A stretch of DNA of 64,000 nt from Octopus bimaculoides (GCF_001194135.2 NC_068981.1:35735757-35799756), one strand, 5' to 3'; shown: positions 13,800-27,192, counted from the first letter of the stretch. Program-made: numbers and translations. The notes: generated by a model from the sequence alone, not told the origin.

Positions 13800-14095
13800 T
13801 TTCAGTCATGTAACTGTGGCCGTGCTGGAGTACCACCTTTAGTCAAACAAATCAGCCCCAGGACTTATTCTTTGTAAGCCTATCAGTCTCTTTTGCTGAG
13901 CCGCTTGTCAAGCAATGGGTGGAACACACACACACAATGGGCTTCTTTCAGTTCCCGTCTATCAAATCCACTTAGAAGGCTTTGGTCAGTCTGAGGCTAT
14001 AATAGAAGACACTTGCCCAAGGTGCTACACAGTGGGACTGAACCTGGAACCATGTGGTTGGGAAGTAAACTTCTTACCAAACAGCCATGCTGTGC
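13800..14095 (-). mobile_element. tRNA-head SINE (family A)
   Basis: Reverse complement of the family A head (gaagacacttgcccaagg...cagtgggactgaacc...catgtggttgggaag) plus tail segment. Confidence 0.75.
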
Positions 14096-14506
14096 CTAAG
14101 GAAACTAAGTTGAAACTTTGTAGTTATTGTCAAAATTTAATTGAAAAATAAAATATGTACAGTTGAATTTCCCTTTATTTCTAAGCCAATAACTTTCATG
14201 CTCAATTGCAAATTTATGCATATCTATTTTGTATGCTCAGCACATTATTTTGTATGCTTGCACATATATGATACTTTTCCAATTTATTACTTCTGATCTA
14301 CAGGAAGTCTTTAATTATCTCAATGTGCTAATATTTTTCCCTATCAGCAAGGAAAAATAGCTGCATGTACATCATTAGACTTGGTCTCCTTCTAGTCACT
14401 ATGGGAAAACTTAGAACTTGAAATGTCTATTAGTTAACTTGTCATTATTAAAATGCTAAGCATGGTTATCTCGCTCAGTAATCTGGTAGGTTGGAGATGT
14501 ATGAGA

Positions 14507-14790
14507 GCTGAAATCCATGAGAGACTTTTAATACAATATAAGAACAGCATTTTGGTACTATAGACTGCCTATCAATGGACTGACAAATATTAAAAAAATG
14601 GTTACAACATTGTCACATAAGAAGGAAGAGCCAGATTTTGATCCTATCCAGTGCTGTTGATGATGCTGAATAAGTCTAGTGCACATTACTGTTGAACCGG
14701 TGGGTGACTGTTGACAATGTGGCAAATAATATGCAAATTAGTCATGGTTCTATCTACAAAATCATCTGCAACAAATTTGAACAAGGTTAA
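14507..14790 (+). pseudogene. Mariner-family transposase N-terminal HTH remnant
   Basis: AEIHERLLIQYKNSILVL*TAYQW... and RWVTVDNVANNMQISHGSIYKII match the mariner AEIHRRL..QY...VYEW and RRVT.DEVA..LQISHGS...II motifs. Contains stops and frameshifts. Confidence 0.7.
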
Positions 14791-15960
14791 AATAATGAAA
14801 AAATCCATACCTACACCATAGTGACTACAGGAATGCTATATCTACTGATGCATATACACATAATTTTCTTACCAATAGGAAAAATTTATATGTGCATTGT
14901 GGACTGTTAATGATCCACACTGCTCTTATTTAGAGTAAACAGATAACAGAATGGCCAGGGTTTATATAATATAACAATGACAACTTAACTGATGTTTCGA
15001 ATTTAAAACTGTGCCGTTGTGACTAGAAGGAGACCATGTCTAGTGATGCATTTACAAACAATTCTCCTGCTAACAGGAAAAAATTATAAGTGTATTGCAA
15101 ATAATTAATGACTCATCATTAGTAATGTTTCATAGTCATACAACATCACATTTCTTTTTCATGTTTTTCATAAGAAAAGCAAAAGCACTTTGTTGTTAAC
15201 AGAGGTAACTGTTCTCAATTTCTTTTGTTCTATTTGTAGACAAAACTTTTTCTACACTGTTACAAGATAAACTACTACAATGATATAACTAGTACTTCCA
15301 TCACTATGTCCACCATATGGCAAGAAATTTATCAAGTTGTAATGAGCTTATATTTGGGAGAAAATGAAATAAATGAAATAGTAAACAAAATTTTAAAAGT
15401 TTGTTGATCACATTTTTTATTTTAATCTGAAAATTGTGACCTTTCTCCTATTCTGGTCAGTAATATTTTTTTTTCTCTTCCACTTTTCTCACTTTGCTGA
15501 TATTATCAACATCTGGACTAAGGATAAAGCAATTATCTTAACAAATAACATTACTCATGTATTTACAGCATTTGTAAAGTTTGAAATAAGTTAGTTACAA
15601 ATCATATTGATCTAGGTTGTTTGTCAAAGATTTACAGATGAAACTGACATGAAGCTAGATTCATGATAGATATGAGAAAATCGAAAAGTCTAACAGTTAC
15701 TTTATTGGAACTTAGACAAAATCTATAATTAGATACACCTTAGGCCAAGTAATTCCAGGTAACACACTCAAGTCATTGGCAAATTGAGTATGTTGCTGAA
15801 AGTTGAAACTGGATTGCTTAATTTGTATGAATGAATTGGTAGATGCAGAGATGGAGCAGGGTCAGTTTAACACTCCAACCCTCCTTTAATTAGTTATCAT
15901 GATAATAATTTATTATTTATTTAGTTTTGATATTTATAATATATCAAAAAAAAAAAAAAA

Positions 15961-16171
15961 NNNNNNNNNNNNNNNNNNNNNNNNNNNNNNNNNNNNNNNN
16001 NNNNNNNNNNNNNNNNNNNNNNNNNNNNNNNNNNNNNNNNNNNNNNNNNNNNNNNNNNNNNNNNNNNNNNNNNNNNNNNNNNNNNNNNNNNNNNNNNNNN
16101 NNNNNNNNNNNNNNNNNNNNNNNNNNNNNNNNNNNNNNNNNNNNNNNNNNNNNNNNNNNNNNNNNNNNNNN
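15961..16171. other. Assembly gap (N run)
   Basis: Run of n between poly(A) and (TA)n. Confidence 0.99.
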
Positions 16172-16194
16172 TATATATATATATATATATATGA

Positions 16195-16591
16195 GACGAG
16201 GTGCTGACGCATGATCTTTAAATGTTGGGTCTCACAGAAGCAATGACAAGTGACCGAGACCTTTGGTGACATGCTGTGCTTGAGAGGACCTGTCAAACCA
16301 AGTGAAATCGTAGTCATGGCTGATGCCAGTGCCATCTGACTGGCACTCATGCCAGTGGCATGTAAAAGCCACCATTTGAACGATGGGTCTCATGGAGGTA
16401 GTGACAGGTGACCAAGGCCTTTGGTGATATACTGTGTTTGTGTAGATCTCTGCCAAGCCAAGTGAGATCATAGTCATGGCCGATGCTGGTGTCAGGTCAA
16501 TGGCACCCATGCCAGTGGCATGTAAAATGCATCCACTTCAATCTTAGAGTGGTTGGCATTAGGAAGGGCATCCAGCTGTAGAAACCTTGCC
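16195..16591 (+). mobile_element. Family C retroposon segment with two diverged about 158-bp internal repeats
   Basis: Units start at 16226 and 16384 (tgggtctca...agtcatggc.gatgc...gccagtggcatgtaaaa) and are followed by gagtggttggcattaggaagggcatccagctgtagaaac. Confidence 0.7.
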
Positions 16592-16752
16592 NNNNNNNNN
16601 NNNNNNNNNNNNNNNNNNNNNNNNNNNNNNNNNNNNNNNNNNNNNNNNNNNNNNNNNNNNNNNNNNNNNNNNNNNNNNNNNNNNNNNNNNNNNNNNNNNN
16701 NNNNNNNNNNNNNNNNNNNNNNNNNNNNNNNNNNNNNNNNNNNNNNNNNNNN
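16592..16752. other. Assembly gap (N run)
   Basis: Run of n followed by (TA)n. Confidence 0.99.
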
Positions 16753-16790
<38 letters not shown>

Positions 16791-17152
16791 CTATAATTTT
16801 GCTATTAATACAGGATGATTGGCAACTCCTTTAAACTTAAAAAAATGATAGTAAATAACATAAAATCAATATTCATATGATTTTTAACATGATACATTTC
16901 AATATTTTGACTTTTGATGTAACACATATGAATATGAAATAGCACTAATAAAGTAATAAAACTGAAAATTGTGCAGAGATTTCCTAATCAACTTATATAG
17001 AGGAATGAACTTCAATATTAAAACATAACAGACATTTAAATATGAAACAGTTAAGTAGGGAATCACCATCATTATCAGAACTTAGTATGATATGCATTGT
17101 CAATACCAACACCACCACTGCTACCAACACATCGCTGCCACTGCTACTTCTG

Positions 17153-17184
<32 letters not shown>
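17153..17184. repeat. (CAG)n microsatellite
   Basis: cagcagcagcagcagcagcagcaacagcagca. Confidence 0.9.
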
Positions 17185-18121
17185 CTATCTAGAGTTATTG
17201 AAAAGAAAAAAGTAAAGAAAAATGTCAGCTTCATACTTCTATTAACATGAAAAAATATCAGTATGATACTAGGGTGGGATTAAAAATAACTGAAATAAAA
17301 GCAACTACTGTCATCAAAGTTTCTATATTTCAGATATTTGAATTCTGTTGTGTTTTTTCTTTCTTTTCATTTCTTTTTATCATTTGCTTATGAAGAACAA
17401 CACCAGCTCTATCTTGATCTATATTTAAGATATTAATCACATACATTTCTAAGTGAAACTCATTTGTGCATCGGCAACTTCTTACAAACTCTATTATAGA
17501 TATTGTTAAACATACAATTTATGTTCCCTGATCTCCATCGTCTCACTCAATATCTTTCTGTCTCTCCTCTCTTATATACATATATGCATGAAAATATGTC
17601 AAAGGGATGACAAATTCTGTGTAGTTATTTAAAATATATCTTAATGCTAGCTTTCCAGTTGCTCTATTTGATACAATTTTGCAAGGAAATGAGTAGAGTT
17701 CCAATAGTGGTCTTTGGCGATGGTAATGGTGGTGGTAGTCGAAAGGTAGCAAAAAGCAGGCTGGTTTTTCTCCTCTAATCACTTCTCTGCAAGCAACATT
17801 CAATTACTTGAAAGAACAAAGGCTAAAAATTTCAAGCTAGATAAGTTTTGTCATAGCAACATGCTCATTAATGCAGTCTCAGCAGCGAAGTTGAGGTAAA
17901 GAAGATGATGGTAAATAGCAGTGCTGTCAAAGTCTGTTTGAAGTTGCACTTTTCTTCATTTTCTGTTTCATATATAAACTAGTACCAAAATGTAGGAGTT
18001 GGAGTGACCAGTTCCTTGTTATTAAGGAATGCTGTTTCATGGCAATAGATCCAAAAAGAAAAAGCAAAAAGCAAGAAAAATTACATATATATATATATAA
18101 TGAAAAAATCCCCACCCCCAG

Positions 18122-18165
<44 letters not shown>

Positions 18166-18175
18166 NNNNNNNNNN

Positions 18176-18207
<32 letters not shown>

Positions 18208-18849
18208 ACATACATACATATATATTCCTTTAAGATAAATACAAAAAATGAAATCAGAAATTTTTAGTAAAGGAGAAATGAAAATGACAATCAGTGAGAT
18301 GAAAAGTAAGGGAAAAATTATAATTTGTTTATACCCATAATCCTTTGATTCTATAAACTTATCATGCATGGATTAGGAGCCATCTAATTTGAAGGCAAAA
18401 ATTTGATACTTTCCAAGTTTACAAAATAATGAGAAAGCAAGGCTATTGTTGATCTCTCTCTCTCTCTCACTCTCTTATTCTCTTTTGCTTTCTTTTCTTT
18501 CTTTCCTTATGTATGTCTTCCAAAATATTTTTTGTTTCTAATTGCTTTCCTTGTTCAGTAATTTGAAGTTCCCCCTATATTAAAAACAAACGTTCTTTAA
18601 AAACAGAGGGAGAAAAAAACAAAAAAAAACAAACGAGAAGAGGGAGATACAAATTCCTGACAAGACATTAACATTTGGCAGACACTTCCAATTTTACAAA
18701 TAAACAAAGAATAAGTAGTGCTACAGTGGAAACTATAACATTGAATCCATTGTATTGTGCCAATTAAGCAAGATATGTTTGTCTGTTTCCCTCAATTATT
18801 GAACCATAAAATCTTTTTCTTTATAAAATTTTCTTTATCTAGACTGAAG

Positions 18850-19001
18850 CAAGGTTGTGTAGTTAAAAGTTTGCTTTCCAGGCACCTAATTCTGGGTTCA
18901 ATCCCACTGCACACCACCTAAGGCAAGTGTCATCTACTCTAGTTTGAGTTGTCAAATACATTGTAAGCAAAACCTGATTGATGGTAACTGTGCAGAAGCC
19001 A

Positions 19002-19005
<4 letters not shown>
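18850..19005 (+). mobile_element. tRNA-head SINE (family A)
   Basis: gttgtgtagttaaaagtttgcttt...ctgggttcaatcccactgc...ggcaagtgtc; B-box-like GGTTCAATCC. Confidence 0.65.
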
Positions 19006-19059
<54 letters not shown>

Positions 19060-19754
19060 NNNNNNNNNNNNNNNNNNNNNNNNNNNNNNNNNNNNNNNNN
19101 NNNNNNNNNNNNNNNNNNNNNNNNNNNNNNNNNNNNNNNNNNNNNNNNNNNNNNNNNNNNNNNNNNNNNNNNNNNNNNNNNNNNNNNNNNNNNNNNNNNN
19201 NNNNNNNNNNNNNNNNNNNNNNNNNNNNNNNNNNNNNNNNNNNNNNNNNNNNNNNNNNNNNNNNNNNNNNNNNNNNNNNNNNNNNNNNNNNNNNNNNNNN
19301 NNNNNNNNNNNNNNNNNNNNNNNNNNNNNNNNNNNNNNNNNNNNNNNNNNNNNNNNNNNNNNNNNNNNNNNNNNNNNNNNNNNNNNNNNNNNNNNNNNNN
19401 NNNNNNNNNNNNNNNNNNNNNNNNNNNNNNNNNNNNNNNNNNNNNNNNNNNNNNNNNNNNNNNNNNNNNNNNNNNNNNNNNNNNNNNNNNNNNNNNNNNN
19501 NNNNNNNNNNNNNNNNNNNNNNNNNNNNNNNNNNNNNNNNNNNNNNNNNNNNNNNNNNNNNNNNNNNNNNNNNNNNNNNNNNNNNNNNNNNNNNNNNNNN
19601 NNNNNNNNNNNNNNNNNNNNNNNNNNNNNNNNNNNNNNNNNNNNNNNNNNNNNNNNNNNNNNNNNNNNNNNNNNNNNNNNNNNNNNNNNNNNNNNNNNNN
19701 NNNNNNNNNNNNNNNNNNNNNNNNNNNNNNNNNNNNNNNNNNNNNNNNNNNNNN

Positions 19755-19755
<1 letters not shown>
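19060..19755. other. Assembly gap (N run) between (CA)n and (TA)n
   Basis: Run of n. Confidence 0.99.
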
Positions 19756-19833
<78 letters not shown>

Positions 19834-19993
19834 TATGTATATATATTTGTGTGTGTATACATATGCATACATACACACACACAAATATATACATAACGAC
19901 AACATCAACACTGGCGATACCAACAACGTCCTTAGGTCCAGAGCATGCCAGAGGTACACCAGGAGTGCAATTATAGCCATCTTCCAAGCTTGT

Positions 19994-20224
19994 AAATATA
20001 TCGGATCAGCCAGCACATCTTTCAAACAACACTTCAGCAACCACCAGTCATCCTTCAAAGTCTCAGAAAGACATTTTGTCATGTCCCTGGCCAGCCACGT
20101 GTGGCAGCTCAAAGATCAAGGGACCTCATATGATATCAGATGGAAGGACATAGAACATTCAGGCCCCTATATTAGTGGGAGCAGCTGTTGCAAAATCTGC
20201 ATCACAGAGAGAACCAAAATTCTT
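19994..20224 (+). pseudogene. GIY-YIG endonuclease remnant of a Penelope-like retroelement
   Basis: Stop-free KYIGSASTSFKQHFSNHQSSFK...SLASHVWQLKDQGTSYDIRWKDIEHSGPYISGSSCCKICITERTKIL follows the PLE pattern YIG.T...FK.R..NH..SF...LS.HIW.LK....Y.I.W......Y......C.LC..EK..I. The catalytic-region Arg is replaced by His. Confidence 0.8.
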
Positions 20225-20232
20225 AAGGACTA

Positions 20233-20416
20233 TGCAACCGATGCTGGTGTGTTTATGTCCCCGTCACCTAGTGGTTCAGCAAGAAAGACCAATAGAATAA
20301 GTACTAGGCTTATAAAGAATAAGTCCTGGGGTCGATTTGCTCAACTAAATGCAGTGCTCCAGCATGGCTGCAGTCAAATGACTGAAACAAATAAAAGAAT
20401 AAAAGAATAAAAGAAT
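20233..20416 (+). mobile_element. Family A SINE tail module ending in (AAAGAAT)n
   Basis: tgctggtgtgtttatgtccccg...aataagtactaggctt...ggggtcgatt...tgactgaaacaaataaaagaataaaagaat; similar modules at about 21680-21845 and 47335-47520. Confidence 0.7.
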
Positions 20417-21469
20417 TGAAATTAGCATTTCAGTTTTGAAGTTTTTCAAATGGTGGAATTAGCAGTTCACCACTTGAAAGTGATACCCAAGTATGGCTGC
20501 AATCTTATGACTGAAGTTAGTAAAGTGATAAATGAATGAAAGAATTGCATGCTATGAGTTTATGTTTGATTACAGACAACAAATTGGCAAGTTTAAACAA
20601 TACCAACTATGTTGTACCATTGTCCAAAGCACATAGCTTTGCTTACTGCAATTTACCTATCTGAATAGTTGTATAATTTTATGAAATACTTTCATTTGCA
20701 AAAGCAAATGATCTATCAACTATCTCAGCCTGCTAAGAAAACAGCAACAACAAAAAAAAAAACAGCTATATATCACACCATTATATCTTTATGTATTAAA
20801 ATAATGAAGGATGAGTCTGAAAGAGAATATACAGGATGGTCACAGATGGAATGCCTTTTAGCATATGACTGTTTGATAAATGCTGACATTGAGCTAAGCA
20901 ATGACAATATTAATAACTGAGTCATCAATATGCAGATGTAGAAATTTGAAGAAAACAATTGTAACCATAGCATTATGAAAAGAAATTTAAAATAGTAACA
21001 ATAAATAATACACCAAAGCTTTGTAATCAGAGATATCCATCAATAAGTAATTTGTTTTAGTGACTTCAAGAAAGAATTTACTGCAGCGTCTTTTTCTCTC
21101 AGCAAGTTCTTTTGTATATTATCATATACAAAAGAATTTAGTATTAAAAATATTTCACTGAAATGAACATTACTATGTACTTACTGGTATATTAAAGATT
21201 AAACTTTAATATATAATATATTTTTAGTTCATTCAATAGTTTTATGTCTGTTCTTCCATACTAGCATGGGTTGGGGGGATACTTATGTATTAAGGCATTG
21301 TTTTGCTGCTAGATGACCATCCTATTATTAACTATTATCTGTTTGTCAAGTAAAAGATTTTTTTCAGTACCATTTGTTTTTAAAAGTGTAGAGCTAGAAG
21401 ATAATTAGTTGGCAGACAATACAAACGTAGGTATTTTTTACTCAATGCTTTCATGCTAAGATGCAAAAT

Positions 21470-21845
21470 AGGCATGGCTGTATAGTAAGAAGCTTGCTTC
21501 CCAACTACATGATTCTGGGTAAATGTCTTCTGCTATAGCCTTAGGCCGACCAAAGCCCTGTGAGTAGATTTGGCAGACAAAAACTGAAAGGAACCTGTCG
21601 TGTGTGCGTGTGTGTTTGTGTGAGTGTCTGTCTGTCTGTTTTGTCCCACTATCACCACCACCACTACCGCTTGACAACCAGTGTTGGTGTGTTTATGTCT
21701 AAGCAATTCAGTAGAGATCGATAGAATAAGTACCAGGCTTTAAAATAATAAAAAATACTAGGGTTGATTCATTCAACTAAAATTCATCAAGGTGGTGCCC
21801 TGGCATGGCCCCAGTCTAATGATTGAAATAATTAATAGAATATGA
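21470..21845 (+). mobile_element. tRNA-head SINE (family A) with tail module
   Basis: ggcatggctgtatagtaagaagcttgcttcccaactacatg...tgtcttctgctatagcc...ggccgaccaaagcc. Confidence 0.75.
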
Positions 21846-21861
21846 AACACACACACACACA

Positions 21862-22020
21862 TGAAAGGCTTCTGTACAGTTTTCATCTACCAATTTCACT
21901 CACAAACTACTGGTTAGCTTGAAACTATGATGGAAGACACTTGCTCAAGATGCCATGCAGTGGCATAAGATGGAACTCCCAATCATAAGGTTATGAAACA
22001 AATTCCATATCCATACATCT
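21862..22020 (-). mobile_element. tRNA-head SINE (family A), inverted relative to the 21470 copy
   Basis: tctaccaatttcactcacaa...gaagacacttgctcaagatgccatgcagtgg is the reverse complement of the family head. Confidence 0.65.
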
Positions 22021-22294
22021 ATGCTTGCACCTCAGTTTATTAAAGAATCTATAACTAAAGATAAAAGTGAAAATGACAGAGATATTGGTAGGGCTACATA
22101 ATGTTGGTCTGTCAGATATTTAGAAGATTTTTAGCAGTGGAACTGAAGAATCTGAGGAAATTAGAAATGGTTTGCCTTAGCAAAAAGTAATATAAATTAG
22201 GGTACTGCCCAAATCGTCATATTTCTTCCTTTGATCTTCTTCTTCATGACATATTATCTAGTTTGCTCTTTGAAGAATTTTTAATATTCTGGGG

Positions 22295-22500
22295 GCCTCC
22301 ATGTGGTTGCTGGATCTGCTAGAAATAGAAGTCAAATCTCCTTCAACTCACATTCTACCATCTTAAAAACATTAGAAGGCTACATTGAATAATGTAGCTT
22401 GAGGAGACATTATATCTAGAACATAATCATGATGGTTATGTCTGGAATGCCTTTGATCAGAGGTCTACTCAATCAGAACCAACTTGGAGATAAACAACAG
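22295..22500 (+). mobile_element. (CAA)n-tailed retroposon fragment (family D)
   Basis: ctgctagaaatag..g.caaatctcc...ctaccatcttaaaaa...ctggaatgcctttgatca...taaacaacag; related decayed copies at about 24790-24990 and 57400-57545. Confidence 0.55.
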
Positions 22501-25314
22501 TAACTTGTAACAACTGGATACATTTAAGCTTATCTCTTATTCTTATTATATTATTTAATATTTGATTTATCATTGCTGGTCTGGCTGGTTTCAGTGAATG
22601 GGTATATAAATTCCAAGAACTGAAAGTTGTCGGAGCAAGCATTTTGTGTGTTAAGTATTATGATATTAAGAGTAGTAGCTATTTCTCACTGAGATAAAAA
22701 GAATAATCTGTTGTGCTTGGTAACACAGTATGATGTCTGTGGTGTAATTCGAAAAGGTGACCATTATAAAATTAACAAAAAATTCAATGTTTTACCTTTA
22801 GTATTTCTTAATTTTGTAAATAAATTTATTGAAAGAGTTGATAATGTTCTTATTATCCTTTAACAAGTGATTAATTTATGAGAAGTGAAATCAAAGGACA
22901 AGTCAAGAAGTCAATGTAAAATCTATGAATCTAAGTCTTTTAAACTTAATTTCAATTCTTTAACAAAAGGTCTATGAAAATGTTCATAAACCTGAGTTGG
23001 TGAGTGTGTTATAAATGTATGTGTACATGTATGTGCATATGTATGCGTGTGTATAAGATATTTTGACTGTATCATAACTGATTGAGTCAGTAAGATGCAT
23101 TCATGCATCCTTGTATGGAAATCATACTTTTGTCTATCTTTTATAAGAAGATTACAGACAGAATTAATAATTTGACCTCCCACTCTATGCCTGCAAAAGG
23201 CAGCTACTCATGTGTTCAGCCTTGCCATCTATGTGTAGTTCTAAAGTACATATAAACCAATTATAAGTGCACAAGTGTTCAGTATTATAATCTTCTTTAC
23301 ACAGCTCATATTTCTGTCTTTTTCTCTCAGAACCACTTGAATGGTGAACAACCACTGAAAGCATGTGTTTTCATATGGAACTATCTACACCTGCTTAGCA
23401 TTATGTGAGCATGCACAAATATAAATGCACACTAGCTGTGCAACTGAATGAAGTAGTAGATTAATATTCAGTCTTTTTGTAGCTGTGACAACTGTCTGTT
23501 GAGGTTGGGTAGCAATAAAGACTTGTTTTAAAAGAACAATGTATAAATGCATGTATATATGATTATGTGCGAGTGTGTATGTGTATGAGAGGGCAGTTTT
23601 CATCTCAACAAGTGTGTGTGTGAATATATGTATTTATGGATGCTTTTGAGAGATGTTAATATCTCATTCATATTAATTTTTTTTCTCTCTGTATACAAAC
23701 TTTCATATATTACCATATATGAAAGAATTTAGTATTGAGAATATTTTGCTGATATGAACATCATTATGTACTGACTAGTATATTAAGAATTGGTAAATAG
23801 CGAGTTTTAATTTGCACCAACATGCCCTCTGGTGTGCATATAAAGAGACTTATACAAATATTTTGGTACTTAAGCAAAAGTATGTTCAAGTAAATCATCT
23901 TCATCACCACTGCTGCTGTCACTGTTGTCACCATTGGCTGAACAGATCTGCTGTAGAGTAAACTGCCACTTGTCTTTGTCTTTCATCACTCAGTATTTTG
24001 ATATTCTACCTTAACACTTTATTCTTCTGTTTTATTTTGCCATAGGTACTCTCTACTAAATTGTAAAATCTTTTATAAGTCAGTATTCATTATTTATTTA
24101 ATCTACTATTATAATTGTGTCTCTCAGGCACACATTAACCAATGCTGTATTCAGCTGGTTTTTAAACTGTTTTTGTAGATATGTCACTCAACTCTGCTAA
24201 ATATCTGAGAAATCTACAGCACAAAGGTATCCAACTGAAAAATTTCATTGACATTATAAATATGCAATCTCATTCTTATTTAGAGCATGTTGCCTCACGA
24301 TTTATGACTTTAAACATATGATCTTTATTGTAGCAAAGTTAAGGACTCTGTTGAGATAACTTTTGCTGTTATACTTGGCTGGTCTTCTACACATTAAAAT
24401 GCCTTTTGGTATTTTTTATGTACCTTTGTGATCTGTAATTGACTTTACTAACTTGGAAAACTTAATATTTCTTTCCAGTAGAGTTCATTGGAGTAGATTT
24501 TTCTTGGAGTAGATTTTTATTTAATCCATTTAAACTTAGAGAAAACTCTTGGTTGTGAAATGAAGAATTAACTATCCTGTTTAAATTTCCAAACTAGAAT
24601 CCTTAGGAAATGACTCTTTGCACTATTCATTTTATCTTTTAAGTCAATCTGATTTGTTAGTCTGATATCATTAGTCGAATGAACTCAAAAATGTTTATTT
24701 AACACAGGACTCTAATACATTTATCCTCCAGATTACTTTCCCATATGACAATTATATCAATTGAGCCAATACAAGTACATCTACATGTTCACTTAAGACC
24801 TAGAATTAGCAACTAAATCTCTCTTTTGAATCAAATTCCAGCATCTTTTTTTAAAAAAGAAGAATGTTTTGGAGAATATTGTCTGAAATAAAATGTCTGA
24901 AAAGACTGCATGATCTTGACTAGAACGCTTTTGATCATAGGTATGCATATCAAGGTAGACCCACAGTTAAACAAAAACAACAGCAACAACAATTATTCAA
25001 TTTAAGTTATATTTAAACCTATTTTCAGTTATAACAGTTACATTGTGCAGAATTTGGTCTTATAGGCTGACTTTTTGGCAGAATAGGCATTAGATATATT
25101 GGGAATTGTTTCACTCATCTTTAATCACATTTTCAAATTTGTGTCCATGTTTTTATGGCATAGTCATGCTGGTAGGAGTGGGGAAGGAGTTTTTAAACTG
25201 AAGAATGCTTGGAACAGAGAGAATGATAATTTAATGCTTGAATTCTTCTGCCACTTCTACCTTGTGACAATATAAATTCATTAGTAAAACAGAAGTAGTT
25301 TGAATACAAAAACG

Positions 25315-25760
25315 CAGGGATGGCTGAGGTGCAGGATTGCTATGTAGTTAAAATGTTTGTTTCCCAACCAGGTGGCTTTGGTTCAGTCCCACTGTGAAGG
25401 ACCTTGGGTAAGTATTTTCTATTATGACTTCAGCCAACCGAAACTTTGTGAGTGGATTTGGTAGACAGAAACTAAAAGGAGTTTATTGTATATATGTGTT
25501 TGCATATATGTGTGTGTTTGTATCTCCTTGTCTTGACATCATGTGATAGTTATAAACAAGTGTCATCGTCATGCACTTGGTGCCCCTCACTTCATGAAAA
25601 AACATGTCCAGCTATGGGAAAATATTACCTTGCTTTGAAACAGGTGAGGGTTAGTGACAGGAAGGGCATTGGGCCATAGAAAATCTGCTTCAATGTATTC
25701 CACCTGACTCATGCAAGCATGAGATAGTGGACATTAAAACAATGATGATAATGATGATGA
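25315..25760 (+). mobile_element. tRNA-head SINE (family A), near full length
   Basis: Head ggttcagtcccactgtg...ttgtgagtggatttggtagacagaaact, central (TG)n, and tail agaaaatctgcttcaat...catgcaagcatg...ggacattaaaacaatgatgat. Confidence 0.75.
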
Positions 25761-26933
25761 TAACAACTGGTAGTGGACCAGACTAAATTATTCACAATAG
25801 CTTGTTTAGTGACTTTACTAAAGAGAGATTAAATGCTACTGACTTGATAAAATAAATAACTATATGCACAATTCATTTCTCTATTTTCTAACTATACAAA
25901 AACAAAAGTTGCCATCATCAACACAATCACTTTCGTTTTCATTATAAATCTTGTTTATAATGATATTTTGCTCAGTTTATGACGGTGATTCTAGTGAGAA
26001 TAAAATGTGTATTAATTTTCCATAATTTTGCAAAGTAATAAAAAATCATGAGAAGTTTAGTAAGTTAGCTATTATATTTATAAGTAATCAAGCAGATGTT
26101 TATAATACATAAAAATTACATATATGAACATTCCTCCCCACCACCAAAAGAAAAACAACAAAAACTATGATGGGATTTTTACCACCTGAAATCTCAAATC
26201 ATTATTCATATAATAATGAGATTTCAGTTAAAAATTTAATTTATATATGGATACTTAAGTTTTAAATCTGTTGTCTACATGAGACCTGAAACAGCCTCAG
26301 GGGCAATAGCATGGAACTGAGAGCTTGTTTTAGACAAATTGGAACCAAAATAATTGATATATTTTACTTCTGTAAAAAGAAATCTTCATCTTTGGGAGGT
26401 TATAATTAAAGTGACTGAATTTAATGTACAGTATATAAGTATTCCATCATTAAAGACAGCATATAATGTTATATATATATTTATTTAATCAGTTTAAGCT
26501 TCTGTATGAAGCAAGTAAGACATGACAGAGTGAGAACGGTATAAAATAGCCATTTTTTTAAAAAAAGAAACAAAATCAAAAATATAAAAGAAGAAATAGA
26601 AGAAAAGACTGCAGATCAAAAACAGTTAAATGTTTCTGTCATTTAATATTTTTGTAGCCGCCATCAACTGACAAGACTCATTTGTAGTTGGTGAAGCCTT
26701 GAAAATAAGTTCCCTCTCCAATCTTGGTAGTCCTTTTAAGACTGTTTTAAAGATGTACCCCCTGGGAACAATATTCAGTCTTCAGGTAAACTGATCAGAA
26801 TACCACTTCTAGTAAGAAACTTAAAATTGTTATAGTGAGCTAATTTCTCTATTTGAACAATATTTTAAATTTATAAATCTATTATTACTATATTCTTTAT
26901 ACTTACTATCCACAAAAAAATGTGCTGCCATGG

Positions 26934-26964
<31 letters not shown>

Positions 26965-27034
26965 GATGACGACGACAACCACCACCACCACCACCTGTAT
27001 GTATGTATGTATGTTCCTATGCATATATATACAC

Positions 27035-27188
27035 TCTCTGAGTGGTTGGTGTTAGGAAGGGCATCCAGCTGTAGAAACTCTGCCAAATCAGATTGGAGGC
27101 TGGTGTTGCCATCCGGTTTCACCAGTCCTCAGTCAAATTGTCCAACCCATGCTAGCCTGGAAAGTGGACGTTAAACGATGATGATGAT
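27035..27188 (+). mobile_element. Family C retroposon 3' end
   Basis: gagtggttggtgttaggaagggcatccagctgtagaaac...ggaaagtggacgttaaacgatgatgatgat. Confidence 0.85.
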
Positions 27189-27192
27189 TCGC

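Noticed and set aside
18863-20112. Long ORFs of 290-490 aa in the ORF track
   Set aside because: They are artefacts of the N gap and microsatellites. Only the GIY-YIG segment on + has protein-like content.
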